Shown: positions 52,601 through 59,912 of the stretch, piece by piece | Layout of the letters: every line of letters begins with the position of its first letter | How positions within the stretch are numbered: the first letter of the stretch is position 1 | Source: Promethearchaeia archaeon | GTDB taxonomy: Archaea > Asgardarchaeota > Lokiarchaeia > Sigyniarchaeales > SOKP01 | DNA: 64,000 nucleotides | Reading direction: 5' to 3' | Assembly: GCA_029856045.1 (NCBI GenBank) | Contig: JAHQWG010000043.1 | Coordinates: 1 to 64,000 of the forward strand | The notes under the pieces: model-generated | Seen by the model: the letters and a program-made list of their open reading frames with translations, nothing else | What the model was told of the DNA's origin: nothing | Databases searched by the model: none | Program-made: the position numbers and the translations under genes

Positions 52601-52771
52601 AGCCATACGTCCTCCAATTGAAGGAGTCTTTTCTACTAGAAATACTTTAAATCCCATTTCAGTTAAATCTAAAGAGGCTTGAATTCCTGCAATACCACCA
52701 CCAATTACTAAGGCTGCTCCGATTAAATCATCGGTTTGACTTTTTTGTGATGAGTTTTTACTTTTACTCAT
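49646..52771 (-). CDS. hdrA: heterodisulfide reductase subunit A, long two-module Cys form
   Basis: Two GGGIxG FAD motifs, DKTFPTNDCSLC, CSSVCC, internal CHCG/CTPRTHE module, and ferredoxin CxxCxxCxxxC motifs. Confidence 0.93.
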   Translation of the reverse strand: MSKSKNSSQKSQTDDLIGAALVIGGGIAGIQASLDLTEMGFKVFLVEKTPSIGGRMAQLDKTFPTNDCSLCILAPKMVEVFRNPNIKLMTYSEVIEVSGHAGHFFIKILKKPRYVDEDKCKGCGDCASKCPKIEAPNIFDMNLGRRKSIYIPFPQAVPPVYLIDSDMCLFLNKGVCRVCERICEAQAINFEQKPEEVQIEVGAIIVAIGFDMLASKLPDNWGYKYENVITSLEYERILCASGPFEGHVLRLSDEKEPHKIAFIQCAGSRDFHIGIPYCSSVCCMYTAKEAIITKEHSNSSECYIFRHDLRAYGKNFYEYTQRAQDEYGVKYFNSKISKIVEDPKTKDLIIKYEDLDDGKFHDLRANLVVLATPLVPSEDSEKVAKILGINVDKYKFFKEKTLYDKLSSEQEGIFLCGFCQGPLDIPETVADASGVANKVSTLLYLVRNTLLKEKVVSVPEKKINLEDEPCIGVMICHCGINIGKYVDVPQVLEYIKTLPNVTVAVDNLYSCSSDSQTRIKELIAEYDLNRFIVASCTPRTHEKLFQETCEEAGLNKYLFEMVNIRDQCSWVHMEQKVDGTKKAKDLIEMAVAKSRLLKPQKESKLSITPEALIIGGGISGLIATLNIAIQGFTTHLVEKESKLGGNLNNLYQIFPGYQKASEFLEPFVNKVKSHSNINIYLNSNITEIRGYIGNYDVIITTKGNKVNNIKVGIIIVATGANELIPETIYNYKKEKNVITQLELEQKLRKENIEWLDNIKSITFILCVNSRQKEGITYCSNICCTNALKNINILKKLKPDLALILIYRDLQMSKKGNEEFYRDSRKNALFLRYSLDKLPIISKTKNGKFNYKITLFEHNLKGEVEFYGDLIILATPMIAPENFKELSKMLKVPQDQSGFFLEAHVKLRPIDFATDGVFLCGCAHWPKNIQESIAQANGAAGRAIRILSAKEMKTSGLVAEVIEDYCIGCGKCADVCPYNAIELIEVEKTFEDYTLCLKKSNINSALCKGCGTCGVQCPNSAIFISHFSFKQINAMIKAYLKN

Positions 52772-53958
52772 TTTTTAGATACCTCCTTATTTTGTTGTGA
52801 GGGTATAACTTCAATAACGTTTTCCAAGAGATTTGATAAATCTATAACATTAATATCTTGGACAGTTTCTGTATCATTTTGAAGGCATCTAAAGTGAATT
52901 TCACATTTTGGACAAGTAGTGACTAAATTATCAGCAACATCTTTAGCTTCCAACATTCTATGATATCGAAGTGCTTTTGCTTTATCAGAACAATTTAGCC
53001 AACAACTTACTCCGCAACATAAAGAATTGGATTTATTGTGAACCATTTCATTATATACATAACCTACTTTTTCCAATTCTTTAAAAATATATCTTATTTT
53101 TTCATATATATTAAAAGATTTTGGTAAAAATCTACTTAATCTACATGGATCATGATAAGTTAATTTGAGTATTTTTGTGTTTTTCTTTTCCTTTTTAAAT
53201 TTAATTTTATTTTCCTTCAATTTCTCATAAAGATATTCAACAAGGTGTTTAACCTTAACATTAAAATTCTCAAACATCGAAGGATAATCAATTTTAAGAG
53301 TCCTATACCCTTCTGCACAAGAAGTTATTATTAAAGAAGCTCCACTTCTTTCAAAAGATTTAATATTATGGATTGCTAATTTTTTAAAAGCTTCGATTTT
53401 ACCTTGCCACAATAAATCATGACCACAACATTTTTCATCTTTCAACAAAACTATTGGTTCATTTTCAATTTTGCATAATATTTTTAAAGTATCTACAGCA
53501 TTATTCATTGACTCATCGAATTCATAACTAAAAAGGGGAGCACATCCTACAAAATATAAGATATTTCCCTTTTCTGATACCTCACACCCAGAAGGAACCC
53601 ACTCAAAAGTCTTTTCCGGAGTAATATTTTCTTTACTCATAATTTCCGAAAGAAGTGTATAGAATCCCTTATGAGCAATTTTAGGCATAATTCCGGCATC
53701 TAACATTTTATTTCTTGCATCACGTACTATTTCAGCAAAATTAACTTCATATGGACATTTTTCAAGGCAAGAATTGCAAGTTAAGCAATCCCAAAGCATT
53801 CCACTTTCAACAATTCGATCTTCAAAACCTTCAATGATCAGTTGTATTATCCTACTAGGAGTGTATTTTTGGATTCTTCCCATTTGGCAAATGCCACTAC
53901 ACATAGCACATTGATAGCAATTGTTAAGATATTCTCTTAATTTTCCTTTTATAATCAT
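52768..53958 (-). CDS. HdrD/GlpC-like Fe-S protein (2x[4Fe-4S] + two CCG domains)
   Basis: CYQCAMCSGIC, CLTCNSCLEKCP, KCCG, YHDPC, LCCG, CPKC. Confidence 0.9.
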   Translation of the reverse strand: MIIKGKLREYLNNCYQCAMCSGICQMGRIQKYTPSRIIQLIIEGFEDRIVESGMLWDCLTCNSCLEKCPYEVNFAEIVRDARNKMLDAGIMPKIAHKGFYTLLSEIMSKENITPEKTFEWVPSGCEVSEKGNILYFVGCAPLFSYEFDESMNNAVDTLKILCKIENEPIVLLKDEKCCGHDLLWQGKIEAFKKLAIHNIKSFERSGASLIITSCAEGYRTLKIDYPSMFENFNVKVKHLVEYLYEKLKENKIKFKKEKKNTKILKLTYHDPCRLSRFLPKSFNIYEKIRYIFKELEKVGYVYNEMVHNKSNSLCCGVSCWLNCSDKAKALRYHRMLEAKDVADNLVTTCPKCEIHFRCLQNDTETVQDINVIDLSNLLENVIEVIPSQQNKEVSKK

Positions 53959-53983
53959 AGAATTGTCAGAAATCTGAGTAATT

Positions 53984-55096
53984 TTAAAATTTAACTCCTA
54001 AGTTTTTTTGCGATAAATTATATCTATCTTCTTTATATTTTGAAAACTGAATTAATTTTTCTAACATTTTATCTCTTTTTCCTTCTAAATCCTCTAAAAC
54101 TTTTATATATCCCTCATTTATAGCGGATTTAACAATATTTGTTCCAAGTTTGGTTCTAGGTATAGTTGTTGTATATTTTTCAGGTGATGATAATCCACCA
54201 AATGAAATATCTGCATAAATATTAGTAAAATCATTACATGCATTACAAGCGGAACGAATATAATCTGATAATTCATTAAACGATATATGCTGAATAACTT
54301 CACTTCCTTTTAATTTTATTAACATATCTTCCTTAATATTTAATTTCTCAATCTCATCAATTTTTAAATTAAATTGAGTTTCAAATTTCTCTTTTTTATC
54401 TTTACCCATTGTAAAATTTCCATAACAAAATAATCCAAGAAGATATTTTATATTTTGAGAGGGGGTAACCCCCATTTCTTGCATGCATCTTATCGTATAA
54501 ATTTGGCAAGGCGTTCCTATAACAGCTAACTTTTTAAATTTATATCTATTTAATGCCATAATTGTAGGACTATAAGTACTAAAATTGGCAATTTCTGTTA
54601 CTTGTGAAGAAATATCAAAATGAGAACCTGCAGCTAAAATTAAATCATCTTTAGATTTTGCAATCATTGAATCTCTCGAAAATGGTCCCAACTTTTTTGA
54701 AACGATTGCTCCATCAATTAAATTATGTTCTAATAAATACAATAATATAGCAGATACTACTCCACCATCAGTTCCATTTTTTAAGAGATCTTTATCTAAC
54801 GCTTGAAATGAATATATCTTTTCATAATTGCCAAGTGGTTTGATATAATTATATTGATTATTTAAATCATTTTCTAATACTTTAGTTTGTGGACAAATAT
54901 GATAACATATTCCGCACTCTAAGCATTCATTTTCATTTATATATTGTGGTGGCAAATCTGGTTTAATAAAATCAATAATCTTATAATCAGCAGAACTACA
55001 AAAACTTACACACCCACCACATAATTGACAAATGCCTTTATCATGAACTTCTTTAATTAAATCTTTAAAATTTTTTATTGGTTTATCTTGACTCAT
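53984..55096 (-). CDS. F420 hydrogenase/dehydrogenase beta subunit (FrhB/FdhB family) with ferredoxin domain
   Basis: DGGVVSA, IGTPCQ, LGLFC, CNACND, ADISFG. Confidence 0.9.
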   Translation of the reverse strand: MSQDKPIKNFKDLIKEVHDKGICQLCGGCVSFCSSADYKIIDFIKPDLPPQYINENECLECGICYHICPQTKVLENDLNNQYNYIKPLGNYEKIYSFQALDKDLLKNGTDGGVVSAILLYLLEHNLIDGAIVSKKLGPFSRDSMIAKSKDDLILAAGSHFDISSQVTEIANFSTYSPTIMALNRYKFKKLAVIGTPCQIYTIRCMQEMGVTPSQNIKYLLGLFCYGNFTMGKDKKEKFETQFNLKIDEIEKLNIKEDMLIKLKGSEVIQHISFNELSDYIRSACNACNDFTNIYADISFGGLSSPEKYTTTIPRTKLGTNIVKSAINEGYIKVLEDLEGKRDKMLEKLIQFSKYKEDRYNLSQKNLGVKF

Positions 55097-55113
55097 TTTT
55101 TAATAAAATTTTA

Positions 55114-56595
55114 TTATTTTTTTACATCGAATTCAATTTTTTTACATTTTGAATTTTTAATTCCTGAAATTTTCTTAACCAAACCGAATCCAGGTTTTAC
55201 TTCAGCTAAATCCTTAACTTCTACTAAATTGCCATTTATTAATTTATTAAATAAATCATTCCCAACTTTTGTTCTTGTAATAACTGAAGACCAGCCTGCA
55301 CTAGAACCTATTGAACCTACTGAAATATCTGCAAATTCGGACGTTAAATCACTACAATAATGGCATACATCTCTTGCTAAGGAAGTTACTTCTTTTAATG
55401 GAACTTTGGCTTCTTCTCCATTTTTATCTTTGATAATAAATTTTCCTCCACTAATGTCCATTTTTAAAATGTTCTCTAATTTCTTATTAAAAATTTCAGT
55501 GCTTATTTTGATAACATTATCATAGCTGAATGATTCCATGCAGAATAAACCAATAGTATATTTAATATTATTAAAAAAAGATGTTCCAATTGGATAAATA
55601 CTTCCTTTTTTGAGTGCTAACATCATACATGGAGTTCCAACGACTGCAATTTTATCAAATTTTTGTGCTTCATTCAAAATTGTTAAACTTGGAGAATTAG
55701 CATATTTTGTACCAGCGGTTTTATAAAGATCATCAACATTCTCAATTATAATAGGTTTTGGCCTCCAAATATCTTCAGAATGGGTTACTGCTATCGCAGC
55801 ATCAATTTCTTTTTCTTTTAGTAAATAATATAACAATGTTGTTATTATACCACCATCTTGGCATACTTCTTTAATTTCATCACTTTTTGTACTTGCAGTA
55901 TATGCATTTATATAATAATTACTTGCGGCACCATCCTTCAAATTAGGATTTAATTTATTTAAAACTGTAAAAATATGCTCAGATGGAAATGACCTCGGGC
56001 AAACAGAAAAACAAAGTCCGCATTTAATGCAAGTCTCAGAATCAATTTTAAGATCATCTGCAGTTACTGTTATTGAGCCAACTGGGCATATTGATGAACA
56101 ATAACCACAATTACAACAAAAATTATTCTCAAATACTAAAGACACTGGCTCAAAATAATTTTCTCGAAAAGAATTATCAAGGGATTTGGCTTGATATCGA
56201 ATAATTTCAATCTTAATTTCTTTATCTATCAAATTTCCCTCTTTATTTTTTACTTTTTTAATTTCTGTCTTTATTTCAATTAATTTTTCAACATAACCTT
56301 GTTGGGTTAAATATTCAACTGTTTGTACTAATTTTTTCTTATCATATTCCACTTTCTCCACTATTTCTTCAAGAGTAAGCAGAGGAAGCCCTATTAATTT
56401 TTTTAATATTAAATTTCTTTCTGTCTCAGCATCGAGAAGTGAATCTAAAATAAAATTAAAATCTTCCTCACTAAATCTTCCAAATTTTAAAATATCATCT
56501 TTTCCTTCATATAATGCACGAATTTGAAAATTACTTATAGCGTTATATGTAGATTCCATTAGATTTTTTAGATCAGTATTTTCTATAAGATTCAC
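55114..56595 (-). CDS. FrhB-family protein with N-terminal helical/wHTH extension and ferredoxin domain
   Basis: QDGGIIT, GTKY, VGTPC, IGLFCME, CHYCSD, ADISVG. The first ~150 aa carry a wHTH pattern. Confidence 0.9.
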   Translation of the reverse strand: MNLIENTDLKNLMESTYNAISNFQIRALYEGKDDILKFGRFSEEDFNFILDSLLDAETERNLILKKLIGLPLLTLEEIVEKVEYDKKKLVQTVEYLTQQGYVEKLIEIKTEIKKVKNKEGNLIDKEIKIEIIRYQAKSLDNSFRENYFEPVSLVFENNFCCNCGYCSSICPVGSITVTADDLKIDSETCIKCGLCFSVCPRSFPSEHIFTVLNKLNPNLKDGAASNYYINAYTASTKSDEIKEVCQDGGIITTLLYYLLKEKEIDAAIAVTHSEDIWRPKPIIIENVDDLYKTAGTKYANSPSLTILNEAQKFDKIAVVGTPCMMLALKKGSIYPIGTSFFNNIKYTIGLFCMESFSYDNVIKISTEIFNKKLENILKMDISGGKFIIKDKNGEEAKVPLKEVTSLARDVCHYCSDLTSEFADISVGSIGSSAGWSSVITRTKVGNDLFNKLINGNLVEVKDLAEVKPGFGLVKKISGIKNSKCKKIEFDVKK

Positions 56596-56619
56596 CTTCC
56601 TAATTAAATTTTTTTTAAG

Positions 56620-56698
56620 CCCCCATATCCCTTGCAGGGATGTCCCAATAAAATTTCTTAATTTTAAGCTTTAATTTTAAAGATCATTCAAATGGGGG
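56620..56698 (-). ncRNA. eukaryote-type SECIS element (type II-like, with apical mini-stem)
   Basis: Helix I CCCCCAU:AUGGGGG. AUGA (56687-56684) and GA (56644-56643) core. 11-nt helix II UCUUUAAAAUU:AAUUUUAUUGG. Unpaired AAA and mini-stem CUUA:UAAG. Lies directly 3' of two UGA-containing genes. Confidence 0.85.
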
Positions 56699-57155
56699 TT
56701 TTAGTTTTTAATTTTTTATCTGCATCTTTTATTTCTGCCTTAAAAACTGCTTGATCTGTTTTTAATGGGTTCAATCCCAATTTTTCTATTTTATTTACCA
56801 TATCTTCGACCGATTTTACAAATTTTACAGCTTCAGCTCCAGTGCAGTTATACATGTTTACTCGGTCTCCTCCCAAACCACGCCTATCTAGAATTCGCCT
56901 AACAAATTCGACATGTTTTGCAGCGATAAAGTTTCCAGTTTTAAATTCACATTGATTTTCTAGTCAGCCTACAACCATTACTCCATCGGCACCATTATTA
57001 ATTGCATAGATTAGGTGTTTTATATCAACTCTACCTGTACAGCGCAGACGAATAATTTTTACATTGGGACTATATTTCAATCTTGAAACACCAGCTAAAT
57101 CTGCAGCACTATAACCTCATTTATTACAAGCAAATGTAATGATATTCATTTTCAT
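56688..57155 (-). CDS. vhuD: selenocysteine-containing MvhD/VhuD (U13, U64), 155 aa
   Basis: Continuous frame from ATG 57155 reading FACNK-U-GYSAADLAG, LRCTGRV, VVG-U-LENQCEF. TGA at 57117-57119 and 56964-56966 align with Cys of the mvhD paralogue. GGTGA SD at 57161-57165. Confidence 0.92.
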
Positions 57156-57178
57156 ATATCTCACCTGAATTTTTCGGT

Positions 57179-59122
57179 TTATGCATTTTCCTCCTTTACT
57201 AATGCTAAGACTTGATTAAATATTTGCTCATCTGTATAATATCTAATTTGTATTGCTTGAGTTGGACAACAAGTTGCACAGATTCCACATCCGTCACAAT
57301 TGATCTCATCGACCTCAGCAATTTTTCCTTCAGGTACAATAATAGCATTCTTTGGACAATTTTTTTCGCAGCGACAACAAGAAATACAATTTTCTTCATC
57401 AACAATCGCACATATTAATTCAAGCTCCGCTTCTCCCTTGGATGTTAATTCTGCAACCTTACTTGCGGTTGCTCTCGCTTGAGAAACCGAGTATGATATA
57501 TTTTTTGGTCCTTGCGCAAAACCACAAATATAAATCCCTAGATATTTTGTTTCTTGAGGACTTAAGCCAAAATGATGTTCAGTCAGGTATCCATTTGTAT
57601 CATAATCAATTCCAAGAACATCTGCTATTTGTTTCGTTCCTTTAGATGGTAATACTGCAGTTGATAAAACTACTAAGTCTGCATCAATTTTTATTATCTC
57701 ATCTGTTAATGAAGAATATACTCTTACCTTGAGATTTTTGGTTTCAGAATCCTCTATTAGTTCTGGAACTTTACCTCGAATAAAGTCAATACCTTTATCA
57801 CGAGTTCTCATATAGTATTCTTCAAAGTTCTTTTCAGATGCTCTTATATCAATGTAGCAGATGGTTATATGGCAATCAGGGATTTCTTCTTTAAGTAATT
57901 TAGCATTTTTTAAAGCGATCATGCAACACACACCAGAACAATACGCTCTTTCTGTATCTCTCGAGCCAACACATTGAATAAATAATATTTCTTTAGGTGT
58001 TTTTCCATCTGATGGTCTTTTTACATGGCCCATTGTTGGACCATTTGGTGCTAATATCCTTTCAAGCTGGATTTCGTTTATAACATTTTGATATTCTCCA
58101 TATCCATATTCTATAGGATTATATAAGTCCCAACCCGTTGCAACTATTATTGTACCCACTTCAATTTCGACATATTCAGGTTCTTGACTCAAATCAATTG
58201 CATGTGGCTCGCAAGCATCTACACAGGCATATCATTCAACGCAAGATTCTTTTTCAAGATCATAAACAAAAGGAATAGCTTGCCCAAAACATATATCGAT
58301 ACATTTTCTTGAACCTAAATTTTCTTGCCAATAATTTGGTATGTAAATTGGACATACTGGCGTACAATCTCCACAACCATTACACAAATCTTCTATAACA
58401 TATCTAGGTTTTTTCTTTATCGTAACTTCATAATTTCCAACATATCCTTCAACTTTATCAACTTCACTATAACTAATAATTTCAATATTTTCATTTCGAT
58501 TAGCTTCAAGCATTTTTGGACCAAGAATTCATATAGAACAATCATCAGTTGGAAATGTTCGATCTAACTGAGCCATTCTGCCCCCAATTGTAGTTTTACT
58601 CTCTATTAAATACACCCTTATTCCTTGATTTGCCAGATCTAATGCCGCATTTAATCCAGCGATTCCTCCACCAACTACCAAAGTAGCTTTTTTTATAGGA
58701 ATAATTTTTGTCGGTACTATTTCCAATCTTTTAGCCCTTTCATAACCTGCTCTGCTTAAAATCTTTGCTTTATTGGTTGCTGAAACTTCGTCTTCAGTAA
58801 TCCAAGAACATTGTTCTCTAATATTTACCATTTGAAAATAAAATTTACTAAGTCCTGCCCGTTCTAAAGACTCTCTATAAATCGGTTCATGAGTTCTAGG
58901 AGTTCAAGCTGCCGCTACAACCCGATTTATCTTTTTTTCTTTGATATCATCCATTATTAATTTCTGCCCTTGTTCAGTACATAAAAAACTAAAGATGCGA
59001 CTTGTTTCAATATTATCAAATTGTTTCATATACTCTGCAACTTCAGAACAATTAACTTTCGCAGAAATATTCAAGCCTCATTGACATGCATAATATCCAA
59101 TGCGTAAAATTTCTTTACTCAA
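57179..59122 (-). CDS. hdrA: selenocysteine-containing heterodisulfide reductase subunit A (U15, U73, U198, U297), 647 aa
   Basis: Single frame from TTG 59122 to TAA 57179, with in-frame TGA at 59078-80 (CQ-U-G), 58904-06 (AA-U-TPRTHE), 58529-31 (DCSI-U-ILGPK) and 58232-34 (CVE-U-YACVDAC). Joins the three ORF-track fragments. Confidence 0.92.
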
Positions 59123-59566
59123 TTTTTTTTCACATCAACTCGTTTAATAATTTTTATTTTAAAATTTATACTATTAGATTAAAAAAATTCAAAATGCTCC
59201 AAATTAAAAAAATTTTTTATAATAATTTTCAGATTCAATAATTTTATATTTTGAAATTACCTTATTTAATAATTTTTATCTTAATGATTATATAAATTAT
59301 TCGATACTGACAGAAATGGAAAATAAAATAATTAATTTTTACGAGAAACCTTAAGAAATTATTTTGAATTATACAATTTCGGTTATTATCCCCGATTTCC
59401 TAAATCTTTATATAAAATCATTTCCGAAATTGATAACTTCATTAATAATAATTTCGAAGACTAATAAAAAATCAAAAAAGAATTTTTAAATCCAAAAATA
59501 TATTTAAAAAAATGTATTATATTCCTAAATAAATTTAACAAAAAGAACAATACTTACAAAAGATAG

Positions 59567-59779
59567 ACAATAGAACTATTAAGTAATTATTTCAATTCAT
59601 GTAATAGAGCAATTTTTAAAAGAGATGTGGTTAAACATTTGGGAGAAATTGATGATGAAAAAATTCTTAAGTATCTTTTAAAATATGTAGGAGATTATCA
59701 TAGTAAAGTCCGGCTTTTAATGACTAAAATGATAAAAAAAATTGAAGCAAGAATAGATAACAAACTCAATAATCAATAA
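59567..59779 (+). pseudogene. probable HEAT-repeat gene remnant
   Basis: RDVVKHLGEIDDEKILKYLLKYVGDYHSKVRLLMTKMIKKI. The upstream part of the same frame is interrupted by TAG and TAA TAA. Confidence 0.35.
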
Positions 59780-59912
59780 AATATCTTTTTTTTCCTCTGA
59801 TATTTTTCTAAAAAAAATGAATTGTTATTTAATTATAATAATTTTTTTTAAGGATTAAGGTTTTAAATAAGTATTTCTATTCAAATCTCAGTGTAAATAA
59901 AGGTTTTATAGA

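Noticed and set aside
56688-59122. hdrA and mvhD fragments as pseudogenes
   Set aside because: All six interruptions are TGA, in frame, at conserved Cys sites, with no frameshifts, and a SECIS follows. Random decay would not give this pattern.
59123-59912. Possible RNA gene or second SECIS in the long intergenic region
   Set aside because: No GC-rich stems, tRNA fold or AUGA/AA/GA hairpin found by eye. The region looks like promoters plus a decayed HEAT-repeat ORF. A covariance search is still advisable.
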